Assembly (NCBI GenBank): GCA_048882485.1
Contig: JBHLRP010000040.1
Coordinates: forward strand, 6,004 to 28,697
From: Candidatus Thorarchaeota archaeon
GTDB lineage: Archaea > Asgardarchaeota > Thorarchaeia > Thorarchaeales > Thorarchaeaceae
Direction: 5' to 3'
Length of the DNA: 22,694 nt
Shown: positions 14,376 through 22,694 of the stretch, in pieces
Position numbering within the stretch: position 1 is the first letter of the stretch
Layout of the letters: the number at the start of each line of letters is the position of its first letter
Translations under genes and position numbers: made by a program
The notes under the pieces: generated by a model
The model's input: only the letters and a program-made list of their open reading frames with translations
Told to the model about the DNA's origin: nothing
Databases searched by the model: none

Positions 14376-16385
14376 CTAGCCCTCCTCTACCCAAGAGAAC
14401 TTCCTCTGTAGAGTTGCAGGGTAGACTTTTCGCCAAGGATACTCCACCTTCTGACACCACTTGTAGATAGTCTTGGGATGGATGTATGACTTGAGGGCTG
14501 TTCCGAGGTTCCAAGTGCGACAATCCCGTGCGAGGGAATAATCCACCTCTATCTTTCGCTTCGCTAACTTGGCCTTTTCCAATCTATCCTTTGCGATTTT
14601 GACCGTCTTCTCAGCACGAGTTATCCGAGCAGCAGACTTCTCTTTGAAGTCTACAAGAGCTTGTTGCTTCTTCTCAAGAGTTGCCCTGCTTTTATTGTAG
14701 CGCTTTCGAGCCCTTGTAAGACCCTCCTCCGCCTTGTCCAAACGTGCCCTACTCCGTTCTATACTGGCTTGGGCATCCTCTAGACGCTGCTTCTTGGTTG
14801 TCTTACCCTTCCTTTTGCTGCCTCTTGTTCGACGTTTTCTTTCTCGAGCATTGTCCCAAGTAGTCTTGGCGTTGTTCCGCTTCTCACGCCAAGCAGCGAC
14901 TGACTGCTTGTCCTTCTCGACAATCTCCTTCTGCCTAGAAACCGCAGACTGTCGCTTGGCAATATTCTCTTTCTCTTTCTTCTTGACCGCCCTCAACCTC
15001 TTCCTTTTTTCAGCAAGTTGAGATTCAGCTTTCTTAACACGTTCTCCTGCCTTTCTGATTCGTTCCTTATAGCGGTCTGCTGATTTAGCCCATCCTTTCG
15101 GTGCTTGTTTTGTATGGTTCATCACCCGTGCAACTTCAAGGTTAGCACGCTTCACTGCCTCTTTCTTGATGAATTCCAGATCAGTTCTTTTGGCCTTGCT
15201 CCGACCAAGCTCCTCCTTCATTGTTAGAGTTGCATGAAATGTTCTAAAGACTTTGGCAGTGAGGTCTTTGTCGAATCCGCCAAGGAAACGGTTGACTTGT
15301 ACGCTTCCCACACTTGGGAAGATTTGTGCAGGTCTTTTCGGATCTACACGAGTGCTTTTGCTCTTCCGCGTCTTGAAGGACTCCAATCTCTCCACTGCAT
15401 TGCTATAGAGTTCTACGAACACCTCGTAGACGTCAGGGGGCATCTCAAGCTCCTTATGCCATGCAACACTATCCTTGCCAAGGAAGTCGAATACAACAGA
15501 GTTCGGTGTGAATGTGAGGTGCTCAGCCCTGAGAGTTGTCGCACCCACAGTATCAGCTTCATCGGGATCTTTCTCATCACCAACTCGGAGACTCAGTCTA
15601 TCAATGAGATAACATGCAGCAGCTACCATTCTTGTCCTAGAGTTGCTGGAGTGGATGCCCTCCATAATATAATCTCGAATCTCGGATATCTTTCTGGACA
15701 GTTTCATGGCCTTGTCGAACTTGGCTGCTTCACGTTCCTGTTTGATAGGAGTGCTGTCATGGAGCCAAATGTACTTTGTACTCTTGGTGAGTTCATCAGT
15801 CCATTTTGCCACCCACATACTATCTGGAGCCCACTCAATCTTAGCCCAGTCACCCTCCGGACCCTCGGCAGCGGGACTCAGGTTCAAGGTGATGTCTCGT
15901 TCTCTTGCACCCTGCTTCCATCGCCCTCGCAGGGGATGCTCCCCGCGACCCATAAAGATACCAGATGGCTCTGTCTGGTAATTGCCAAGCTCCATGCGTT
16001 CTCCATCTACGAGTGCATAACCAAACTCCTCTTTCAGCCGTTCTCGTTCGGCCTTGCGCGCCTCCCTTGCGGCTTTCTTCTCCTCCTTAGTCATAGCTTC
16101 CTTTGCTGCACGTTCTTCTTCAACGAATTGGATTACGGAAGAAAAGTCAACTTCATCTAAGTCTAGCGGAGGTTCTATCTTCAGAGCTTTACTGAAGTCG
16201 CTCATGAAGTTTTCAATGAAGACAGAATCCTCAACGTAGGGCGTACCTAGTTTTCTCACCCACGCAATCGCCATCTCTTCTTGAAGCTGATTAAGAATTA
16301 TGGATTCGCCGCGAACAACTATCTCAAAATGATGTGGCTCTGGTGGTTTTAGTACAATGATGCCTTTATGTTCAAGGGACTCCAT
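14376..16385 (-). CDS. top1: DNA topoisomerase IB, eukaryotic-like, with a long basic coiled-coil linker
   Basis: The full catalytic pentad is present: LRVGDEK (R), FLGKDS (K), KVFRTF (R), MNH (H424) and GTALKSY (Y634). Also F-x-GRG-x-HP-x-x-G-x-x-K and a terminal KF-x-W. Confidence 0.96.
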   Translation of the reverse strand: MESLEHKGIIVLKPPEPHHFEIVVRGESIILNQLQEEMAIAWVRKLGTPYVEDSVFIENFMSDFSKALKIEPPLDLDEVDFSSVIQFVEEERAAKEAMTKEEKKAAREARKAERERLKEEFGYALVDGERMELGNYQTEPSGIFMGRGEHPLRGRWKQGARERDITLNLSPAAEGPEGDWAKIEWAPDSMWVAKWTDELTKSTKYIWLHDSTPIKQEREAAKFDKAMKLSRKISEIRDYIMEGIHSSNSRTRMVAAACYLIDRLSLRVGDEKDPDEADTVGATTLRAEHLTFTPNSVVFDFLGKDSVAWHKELEMPPDVYEVFVELYSNAVERLESFKTRKSKSTRVDPKRPAQIFPSVGSVQVNRFLGGFDKDLTAKVFRTFHATLTMKEELGRSKAKRTDLEFIKKEAVKRANLEVARVMNHTKQAPKGWAKSADRYKERIRKAGERVKKAESQLAEKRKRLRAVKKKEKENIAKRQSAVSRQKEIVEKDKQSVAAWREKRNNAKTTWDNARERKRRTRGSKRKGKTTKKQRLEDAQASIERSRARLDKAEEGLTRARKRYNKSRATLEKKQQALVDFKEKSAARITRAEKTVKIAKDRLEKAKLAKRKIEVDYSLARDCRTWNLGTALKSYIHPKTIYKWCQKVEYPWRKVYPATLQRKFSWVEEG

Positions 16386-16514
16386 CTTAACGCCTCTTCA
16401 TTTGGCGGATTTGAGCAGAAGGCCGGTCAATCAGCGTGATTTTGCAGCTTGATGTCGAGAGCAGAAATGTGTAAACAAAAGGATTGTGCTAAGGGAGTCA
16501 TCCAGAGCGATTAG

Positions 16515-16521
16515 TTTAAAT
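16515..16521 (+). promoter_or_regulatory. TATA-like box of tRNA-Gly(TCC)
   Basis: TTTAAAT lies 31-37 nt upstream of tRNA position 1. Confidence 0.55.
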
Positions 16522-16551
16522 CGAATCCGTTTGGTCTGCGCTCTAGAACCT

Positions 16552-16626
16552 GCGGCCATAGTCTAGGGGTTATGATCCGAGCCTTCCAAGCTCGTAACCC
16601 GGGTTCGAATCCCGGTGGCCGCACCA
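16552..16626 (+). tRNA. tRNA-Gly(TCC), intronless, CCA encoded
   Basis: GCGGCCA TA GTC TAGGGGTTAT GAT C CGAGC CT TCC AA GCTCG TAAC CCGGG TTCGAAT CCCGG TGGCCGC A CCA. Confidence 0.97.
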
Positions 16627-16634
16627 TTCTCCTT

Positions 16635-17348
16635 CTATAGATTATATCGAGCGTTGGCTACTCCAATTTTCTTCGAGTATACCCAAAGCATTTCTGCACA
16701 CACATGCCACGCCATCATTACTTCGGGATCCAGCTCGATTTGATTCTGGAAGACAGACTTCACATCTTCACTGAAGTCACCGTGTGGAAAAGCCCCTACA
16801 CCAAGAATGACAGGAACTAGTTCATCCTCTGGAAATATTGACTCAAGCCCATCGATTGTCGTTTGTATACCACCCTCAACACACAGCACAGTAATACTCT
16901 GAGGGCTATCAGCTCTGAGTCGAAGCAAAAGGTCAGTAAGGGTTTCATCTGTTACTCGAAGAAGAGGCTCACTCTCGGGAGGCACTCTTCCCATTAGCAG
17001 AAGCTGCTCAAAGAGACCTACGAATCTATCATAGTTTCTTGGCAAACGCACAGCGGGATTGACCTCGACTACACGACCGTCCTGAAGATGTAGATGAATA
17101 CTGAGCAACCCATGCCTACAGAGAGGAGTTTCCAGTAGTGTCATTAGAGAGAGGAAAGCAATGTCTGGCCGCCCTCGACGTTCAGCATTCTCTAAATTCG
17201 TCATGACCTGGCCATGGTATGATTGATCGAGGAGAAGTTGATTTGGTTTCTTTCCCCTCCTACTGGCGTGTTTCTGGATTAGCTTGGTAGAAGTAAGATG
17301 AGTAGGAACCAATTCGATGGCTGACTCAAGAAGGATGACATGGAGCAT
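16635..17348 (-). CDS. nep1: SSU rRNA pseudouridine N1-methyltransferase Nep1 (SPOUT)
   Basis: LLD-x-S-x-H, RGRPDI, RLPRNY-x-RF-x-GL-x-EQL and VGAFPHGDF motifs. ATG at 17348 (MLHVILLESA) preferred over 17408. Confidence 0.95.
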   Translation of the reverse strand: MLHVILLESAIELVPTHLTSTKLIQKHASRRGKKPNQLLLDQSYHGQVMTNLENAERRGRPDIAFLSLMTLLETPLCRHGLLSIHLHLQDGRVVEVNPAVRLPRNYDRFVGLFEQLLLMGRVPPESEPLLRVTDETLTDLLLRLRADSPQSITVLCVEGGIQTTIDGLESIFPEDELVPVILGVGAFPHGDFSEDVKSVFQNQIELDPEVMMAWHVCAEMLWVYSKKIGVANARYNL

Positions 17349-17425
17349 GGCTGATCCACCTAATCTAGTGATGGTCACGAACGATTTAAGATGTATCGGA
17401 CAACTCATCGATTTGAGGAAGTTCT

Positions 17426-17743
17426 GTGCCCAGAAGACGGTCTAAGCAATCAGAAACCAAGCGACTAGCCAGGGCCAGGATAAAGATGCTATGGGAACAT
17501 GCTTCGAAGATAGCTAAGACTGACCGAGAAGGCGCTCGCAGACGTATGCAGGTAGCCTCCAGAGTAGCACAGAGAGCACGCATCAAGGTTCCAAAGGATA
17601 TCAAGAGAAAGATCTGTCGTCAATGCGGGATAGTACTGATTCCTGGTGAGAGCTGCCGAGTAAGAATGCGAAACAACCGAGCGAAGCATCTCACGGTGAC
17701 GTGCATTGCATGCGGCAACATCGCGAGATACTATGTCAGATAG
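17426..17743 (+). CDS. rnp4: Ribonuclease P protein component 4 (Rpp21)
   Basis: A-x-x-RI-x-x-L, KR-x-IC-x-x-C-x-x-x-L-x-PG and TC-x-x-CG-x-x-x-RY zinc ribbon. Confidence 0.95.
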   Translation: MPRRRSKQSETKRLARARIKMLWEHASKIAKTDREGARRRMQVASRVAQRARIKVPKDIKRKICRQCGIVLIPGESCRVRMRNNRAKHLTVTCIACGNIARYYVR

Positions 17744-17785
17744 GAACGCTAAAGTGGGAAATCCACTCGAACAGGGCGACCAGAC

Positions 17786-18055
17786 ATGGGACGCGCAGAA
17801 ACACCAGACAAGACGAGAATAAACATTGTATGGCAGGACCCAGCCATAATGCAGATAGGAAAGAGCGGACTCTCCGAGGGCATTATCAAGGAAACAAAGA
17901 GGCTCCTCAAGAAACACAAATACATCAAAGTCCGTCTGCTTAGGTCTGCAGTAACATCGAGTTCCAAAAAGGAGATTTTCGAGTCTCTTGCAGAAGGGAC
18001 TGGTTCTCACTTGGCCGGCATACGTGGAAACACTGCAGTTCTGTTCAAGCTGTAG
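17786..18055 (+). CDS. YhbY/CRM-domain RNA-binding protein
   Basis: IGKSGL, L-x-KH-x-x-IKVRLL and IRG-x-T-x-VL motifs, in the usual position between rpp21 and rps19e. Confidence 0.92.
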   Translation: MGRAETPDKTRINIVWQDPAIMQIGKSGLSEGIIKETKRLLKKHKYIKVRLLRSAVTSSSKKEIFESLAEGTGSHLAGIRGNTAVLFKL

Positions 18056-18181
18056 ACAATTTCCTTGGCACGTTGCGACAACCTTTTATGCGGACTAATT
18101 TTGACGAGGGCAGCCTTCTGAGGCAGGCCACTAGCTCAGTCTATGTGCGGTGACCCCCTCAAATGAAATGGTGACAGACAG

Positions 18182-18634
18182 ATGCCTACGGTCTATGATA
18201 TCCCATCTACCGTCATGATACGACGACTTGCACAGGACCTTAGGTCTCGGGATGAGATCAAGCCTCCAGAATGGGCCCTCTTTGTGAAGACTGGTGCACA
18301 TAAGGAGCGATCACCAGATGATCCAGACTGGTGGTATGTGAGATGTGCCAGTATTCTCAGAAAGATCTATCTCCGGGGTCCTATAGGAACAGAACGTCTA
18401 CGTATTGACTATGGTGGGAAGAAGCGACGCGGTGCAAAGCCGAATAAGTTCCACAAAGGAAGTGGAGCAATTGTACGGACTGCTTTGCAGCAGCTGGAAA
18501 GAGCAGGCTTCATCATGAAACGGGGAAATAAAGGCCGCGAGATGACTAACATAGGCAGGTCATACATGGACAAGCTGTCTGCAGCTCTGAAGAGGGAACT
18601 CTCGAAGGCTATACCCGAGCTGGAGAACTACTAG
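18182..18634 (+). CDS. rps19e: 30S ribosomal protein S19e
   Basis: MPTVYD, PPEWA-x-FVKTG-x-HKER, WWY-x-R-x-ASILRK and GSG-x-I-x-R-x-ALQQLE. Confidence 0.98.
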   Translation: MPTVYDIPSTVMIRRLAQDLRSRDEIKPPEWALFVKTGAHKERSPDDPDWWYVRCASILRKIYLRGPIGTERLRIDYGGKKRRGAKPNKFHKGSGAIVRTALQQLERAGFIMKRGNKGREMTNIGRSYMDKLSAALKRELSKAIPELENY

Positions 18635-18654
18635 ACGCCCTTTAGGCGTGGTAG

Positions 18655-18993
18655 GTGAGTGTGCTGAGCGACGAGGAGCTTGATGAGATTCGAAGGAGGA
18701 AACTCGCATCTCTAAGAGAAGAAGCTCTTGAAGAACAAGTCAGGGAACAGCAGATTGCTGAGGCACAGGCGCAGAAGGAGGCAATTCTACGACAGATATT
18801 GACTCCTGAGGCCCGTTCTAGGCTCACGAACATCAGAATGGTCAAGCCCCAAGTTGCAGAACAGATTGAGTTGCAGCTCATTCAGCTGGCCTCATCTGGA
18901 AGGCTGAGGGCGAGAGTGACTGATGAACAACTGAAGAAACTGCTCCAACAGATAACTGGACAGGAACGAGAGAGGAAAATATCGTTTAGATAG
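18655..18993 (+). CDS. PDCD5-like DNA-binding protein (MTH1615 family)
   Basis: DEEL-x-x-IR-x-x-x-L, ILTPEAR-x-RL-x-NI-x-MVKP, E-x-QLIQLA and D-x-QLK-x-LL. Confidence 0.95.
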   Translation: MSVLSDEELDEIRRRKLASLREEALEEQVREQQIAEAQAQKEAILRQILTPEARSRLTNIRMVKPQVAEQIELQLIQLASSGRLRARVTDEQLKKLLQQITGQERERKISFR

Positions 18994-19011
18994 CTGCGAA
19001 AGGTGAAAGAA

Positions 19012-19167
19012 ATGGCAAGGAACAAACCCCTCGCGAAGAAACTCAGGATGGCAAGAGCACTCAAGAGTAATTCCTCAGTGCCCACTTGGGCTGTAGTTAA
19101 GACTGGTGGGAAAGTAAGAAGAACACCCAAGCAGCGAAACTGGCGTGAAACCAAACTCAAGCCATAG
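19012..19167 (+). CDS. rpl39e: 50S ribosomal protein L39e
   Basis: Below the ORF track cutoff. Manual translation gives [51 protein letters not shown] (51 aa), with an AGGTGA RBS. Confidence 0.97.
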   Translation: MARNKPLAKKLRMARALKSNSSVPTWAVVKTGGKVRRTPKQRNWRETKLKP

Positions 19168-19180
19168 TCAGGTGTGCTAG

Positions 19181-19579
19181 ATGATTGAAGAGAAAGAGAT
19201 TGAGGAGCTTCCTGAACTCGAAGAGATAGAAGAGATCGGCGAGGATGAGGAGATTGAAGCCGTAGAGGATAGACCAGATGCTGAGGAAGTTGAACCCGCT
19301 GAAGTCGTCCCAGAGGAAGAAATCATCGATGAACGAATCTACACAGTACCCCTGAGAAAAGCATACTGGACAGGCAGCAGACTCCGTAGGTCTAACAGGG
19401 CCGTAAGAATACTCAGAGAGTTCGTAGAGCGTCACATGAAGCCCGAAGAGGTTGTGATTCAGCCTGAGGTGAACGAGAGAATCTGGGAGAGAGGGATCCA
19501 GAAGCCTCCACGAAGGATACGAATTCGGGCAACCAAAAACTCAGATAACCTTGTCCGAGTTTATCTGGCAGAGGGATAG
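19181..19579 (+). CDS. rpl31e: 50S ribosomal protein L31e with an acidic N-terminal extension
   Basis: ERIYTVPLR, R-x-x-RAV-x-x-LREFV-x-RHMK and VNE-x-IW-x-RGI-x-KPP motifs, preceded by about 50 Glu-rich residues. Confidence 0.96.
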   Translation: MIEEKEIEELPELEEIEEIGEDEEIEAVEDRPDAEEVEPAEVVPEEEIIDERIYTVPLRKAYWTGSRLRRSNRAVRILREFVERHMKPEEVVIQPEVNERIWERGIQKPPRRIRIRATKNSDNLVRVYLAEG

Positions 19580-19584
19580 TATAA

Positions 19585-20250
19585 ATGATCGCCCGATATG
19601 ACTTCGAGGGCGATTCAAATGTTGGAGCCTTTGGAATCGCCACTGACAGGTATGTGTTTGTTTCTCCAAATATGTCAGAGAGGTCCATAGATACTATGGA
19701 ACGTGTCTTCAATCTTCCTTTGGTACAGTCAACAGTGGCCACCCTAGACGTGATTGGTCTTGTCTGTGTAGCGAATTCAAATGGTATACTTCTCCCTTAC
19801 ACAACTAATGATGACGAGCTTGCGGCATTGAAGGAATATCCTGACATTCGGGTAGAGTGGATTGATAACAAGATGACTGCTCTGGGCAACATTATCTTAG
19901 CAAATGATAGCGGAGCTATTTGTCATCCAGATTTTGACAAGAATGCACGAACCAAGATCTCAGACGCTCTCGATATCGAGGTCATTCCAGGAACGGTGGC
20001 CAATCTACCCACCGTTGGGTCCAACACAGCAATAACAAATCAGGGTGCTATTGTCCATCCTATGGCCACAACAGCTGAAATTGAGAAGATATCACAGCTG
20101 TTAAAAGTGCACGTCGAGGTTGGCACAGTCAACCGAGGCAGTCCGTACACCAGTCTAGGTGTAATGGCGAATATGGACAGCATGATTGTTGGGTCAGAAA
20201 CAACGGGTGTGGAATTGGCCCACATCAGTCAAGTCCTAGGCTTTGTCTAA
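19585..20250 (+). CDS. eif6: Translation initiation factor 6 (aIF6)
   Basis: ANSNG, ALGNIILAND-x-GA-x-x-HP, GTVNRG and G-x-x-TTG-x-EL motifs. Confidence 0.97.
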   Translation: MIARYDFEGDSNVGAFGIATDRYVFVSPNMSERSIDTMERVFNLPLVQSTVATLDVIGLVCVANSNGILLPYTTNDDELAALKEYPDIRVEWIDNKMTALGNIILANDSGAICHPDFDKNARTKISDALDIEVIPGTVANLPTVGSNTAITNQGAIVHPMATTAEIEKISQLLKVHVEVGTVNRGSPYTSLGVMANMDSMIVGSETTGVELAHISQVLGFV

Positions 20251-20265
20251 AGAGGTGTTATTCAG

Positions 20266-20508
20266 ATGAGTTCCAAAGTATGGAGAGCAAAGGGCGAGTA
20301 TCGTAAGCTGAAACGAAAGTTCACTTTCTCAAAGGAGATGATTGCACTAAAAGAGGCTCATGTTATGGAGAAGATTTACTCTGAGCTAGGCAGTCGTCAC
20401 AGAGTGAAGAGAAAGGATATCACTGTCACTGAGCTTGTTGAGATTAAACCTGAAGAGGCTACAGATCTGGAGCTCCGAAGGATACTCGGACTGGAGAGCG
20501 AACTCTAA
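20266..20508 (+). CDS. rplX: 50S ribosomal protein LX (eL20/L18a)
   Basis: F-x-KE and EKIYS-x-LGSRH-x-x-KR-x-x-I motifs, with conserved synteny after eIF6. Confidence 0.94.
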   Translation: MSSKVWRAKGEYRKLKRKFTFSKEMIALKEAHVMEKIYSELGSRHRVKRKDITVTELVEIKPEEATDLELRRILGLESEL

Positions 20509-20945
20509 TGACGGAGGAGCAACAGAAACTCCTTCAGAAGCTCTATCGGGACCAACAACTCGTTGAGTCCAACCTAAATGCCCTCCAACAACAAATTGAA
20601 TTGACGCAGGTGCTGCTAAATCAGTACCAAAATGGATTTACCGTGCTAAAAGAGCTTGAAAGCGGAAAGGAAGGCGAAGAAACGCTGTTCAATGTTGGAG
20701 GAGGTATCTTCGTACAGGCAAGGCTGATAGACACCTCCAAAGTGACAAGAGCCCTCGGGAGCGGAGTCAGAATCGAGCAGAGTCTTGAGCAGGCCATTGA
20801 AGGGGTCGAAAAGGCCATCGAGAGTCTCGGTAAACAGTATGAGAGCCTTATTACTGAACTAGGAAAGCTCGCCAGAATGTCAGAGGAGATTGATTCGCAG
20901 ATGAGACAACTGGTGGGACAGATGCAGGGCCAGGGGGCACAATAG
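20508..20945 (+). CDS. pfdA: Prefoldin alpha subunit
   Basis: Coiled coils flanking two beta-hairpins (NVGGGIFV-x-A, LGSGV-x-IE), with a TAATG stop/start overlap with rplX. Confidence 0.94.
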   Translation: MTEEQQKLLQKLYRDQQLVESNLNALQQQIELTQVLLNQYQNGFTVLKELESGKEGEETLFNVGGGIFVQARLIDTSKVTRALGSGVRIEQSLEQAIEGVEKAIESLGKQYESLITELGKLARMSEEIDSQMRQLVGQMQGQGAQ

Positions 20946-20946
20946 C

Positions 20947-21855
20947 TTGTTTGAGAAGCTCCGGGGTGCAATGGACTCTGCGGTCACTAAAGCCACCACT
21001 AAGGAGCTAAACGAGAAGAACCTTGCAGATGCGGTATGGGACCTTCAGATGGTCCTAATTCAGAACGATGTCGCAGTAGATGTTGCTGAGCATATTTGTA
21101 ACCTGACCAAGGAGAAGCTGATTGGGACGAGAGCAGGTCGTCTGGAGAAGACTGGTAAACTGTTCAGAGCTGCAATCTATGAGTCAATAATGGAAGTCTT
21201 GACGCCCGAACATCCACTTGACCCAATTCAGTTCGCCTCTGACAAGAAGGCAAAAGGAGAACCTACCGTGATCCTCTTTGTGGGTGTAAACGGGACTGGA
21301 AAGACAACTACATTGGCAAAGCTGGCAAATCTCTACAAGAAGAACGGTTTCTCTGTTGTGATCGCAGCTGGAGACACATTCCGCGCTGGAAGCATCGAAC
21401 AGCTTGAAGAACACGCAAAAAGGCTTGGAATTCGAGTCATCAAGCAGAATTATGGCTCTGATGCAGCAGCTGTAGCATATGATGCGATATCCCACGCACG
21501 GGCAAAAGGGATTGACATTGTTTTGATAGACTCAGCAGGTAGAATGCAGAGTAACAAGAACCTCATCTCTGAGATGCAGAAGATTGCAAGAGTTACCGAA
21601 CCAGACTTGAAAATCTTCGTGGGAGATGCACTTGCAGGGAATGATGCGCTCTCTCAAGCAAAAGAGTTCAATGATGCGATAGAGATAGATGGGGCCATTC
21701 TGACTAAGGTAGATGCGGATCCCTCTGGAGGTGCCGCGCTTTCAGTGACCTTTGTTACAGGTCGACCTGTGGTCTATATCGGAGTTGGGCAGAGTTATGA
21801 TGACCTACGCAAGTTCGAGCCTGAGTGGTTTGCACAGAGACTCGTAGCTAGTTAA
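20947..21855 (+). CDS. ftsY: Signal recognition particle receptor FtsY (NG domains)
   Basis: GVNGTGKTTT, DTFRAG, DSAGR, TKVD, GGAALS and GVGQ-x-Y-x-DL. Confidence 0.97.
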   Translation: MFEKLRGAMDSAVTKATTKELNEKNLADAVWDLQMVLIQNDVAVDVAEHICNLTKEKLIGTRAGRLEKTGKLFRAAIYESIMEVLTPEHPLDPIQFASDKKAKGEPTVILFVGVNGTGKTTTLAKLANLYKKNGFSVVIAAGDTFRAGSIEQLEEHAKRLGIRVIKQNYGSDAAAVAYDAISHARAKGIDIVLIDSAGRMQSNKNLISEMQKIARVTEPDLKIFVGDALAGNDALSQAKEFNDAIEIDGAILTKVDADPSGGAALSVTFVTGRPVVYIGVGQSYDDLRKFEPEWFAQRLVAS

Positions 21856-21927
21856 ACAGGTGGACAGTTTTATTACGCGGCAGAATCTGAGACCTCAGTA
21901 TCTAATCCACTAGTCGAGGTAACCATT

Positions 21928-22694
21928 TTGGATTTCAAAGGTAGAAGTTTTGTAGATCTTTCAAATTTCAATAGGGATGAACTGAGAGCATTTCTCGATA
22001 AGGCACATGAGCTGAAACGCAAACAGAAGAATGGGGAGCCCCACCAGATTCTGAAGGGCAAGTCACTTGCGATGATCTTCATGAAGTCATCGACAAGGAC
22101 GCGTGTTTCCTTTGAAGTGGGGATGACTCAGCTTGGTGGTCATGCGCTCTACCTTCAACCTAGTGGCACACAGCTTGGCAGAGGAGAAACGATTGCGGAC
22201 ACTGCTAAGGTCCTTAGCAGATATTGTGATGTGATTATGGCCCGAGTATTTGGCCACAATGAGGTGACTGAATTAGCCGAACACGCTACAGTTCCCGTAA
22301 TCAATGGACTTTCTGACTATAATCATCCTTGTCAAATCATGGCTGACATGATGACGATTGAGGAGCACAAGGGTAAGCTGGAGGGGCTCAAGATAGCATA
22401 TGTCGGTGACTCAAACAATGTGAGCAATTCGATAATGCAAGGTTGCACCATTATGGGAATGGATGTCACGATTGGCTCGCCGAGAGGGTACACTCCCTCT
22501 GAGGAAATCATCAAGAGAGCTGACGCATTGAGCAAGACCTACAACACAACCGTTGAAGTGGTGAATGATCCTGGTGATGCCGTGAAAGGAGCTGCTGTAA
22601 TATACACTGACACCTTCTTCAGCATGGGTCAGGAAAAATCAAAAGAGAAGGAAGATGCCTTAATGCCATTCCAAGTCAATAGGGCTCTTGTTGG
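21928..22694 (+). CDS. argF: Ornithine carbamoyltransferase, 3' end runs off the window
   Basis: Not in the ORF track. TTG at 21928 after a GAGGT RBS. Translation contains SSTRTRVSFE, QLGRGE, IN-x-LSD-x-x-HPCQ, YVGDSNNV and YTDTFFSMGQE. Confidence 0.95.
   Translation, partial: MDFKGRSFVDLSNFNRDELRAFLDKAHELKRKQKNGEPHQILKGKSLAMIFMKSSTRTRVSFEVGMTQLGGHALYLQPSGTQLGRGETIADTAKVLSRYCDVIMARVFGHNEVTELAEHATVPVINGLSDYNHPCQIMADMMTIEEHKGKLEGLKIAYVGDSNNVSNSIMQGCTIMGMDVTIGSPRGYTPSEEIIKRADALSKTYNTTVEVVNDPGDAVKGAAVIYTDTFFSMGQEKSKEKEDALMPFQVNRALV

Noticed and set aside
15234-16160. 308-aa plus-strand ORF (also 14734-15021, 15706-15981 and 16054-16239)
   Set aside because: Antisense shadows of top1B with no recognisable motifs.
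16521-16545. TCGAATC-N10-GCGCTCTA upstream of tRNA-Gly(TCC), resembling the array repeat
   Set aside because: The spacer is 10 nt instead of 6-7, the site overlaps the tRNA promoter, and there is no cassette context.
17489-18010. 173-aa minus-strand ORF and other short overlapping ORFs in the track
   Set aside because: They overlap well-supported genes on the opposite strand or in another frame and have no independent evidence.
18102-18121. TGACGA-N10-CTGA as a C/D box sRNA
   Set aside because: No convincing C' and D boxes follow.
18125-18142. AGGCCACTAGCTCAGTCT, resembling a tRNA 5' half or split tRNA
   Set aside because: No D-stem closure, GG motif, anticodon arm or partner half is visible.
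21529-21543. FtsY G3 motif DSAGR instead of DTAGR
   Set aside because: A conservative substitution with all other GTPase motifs intact.

Overview
Archaeal chromosomal window, most likely Asgard (Thorarchaeia-like). This assignment is an inference from the type IB topoisomerase, a zf-PARP protein and gene order. The right third (16.6-22.7 kb) is a conserved housekeeping block: nep1 | rpp21-yhbY-rps19e-PDCD5-like-rpl39e-rpl31e-eIF6-rplX-pfdA-ftsY-argF. The middle holds top1B, arsC, a DUF362 protein, a zf-PARP protein, an amidohydrolase, a small Sm-like protein and a secreted Zn-phospholipase-C-like protein. The left end has an acyltransferase-3 fragment and an ornithine-cyclodeaminase-family/threonine-dehydratase pair. 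There are two tRNA-Gly genes: an intronless TCC gene (16552-16626) and a GCC gene (3759-3896) with two introns, one at a non-canonical 14/15 D-loop position. The main finding is that at least five degenerate copies of the tRNA-Gly(GCC) 3' end (TCGAATC-N6/7-GCGCACYA plus a conserved downstream tract) lie downstream of the tRNA. One copy falls in each successive intergenic gap, so each interval carries exactly one unrelated ORF in either orientation. An inverted copy of the site, which also duplicates the first 12 nt of the tRNA, lies 1.3 kb upstream and brackets an orphan ORF. The arrangement resembles an integron-like single-gene cassette array anchored on a tRNA. No recognisable integrase is present in the window.
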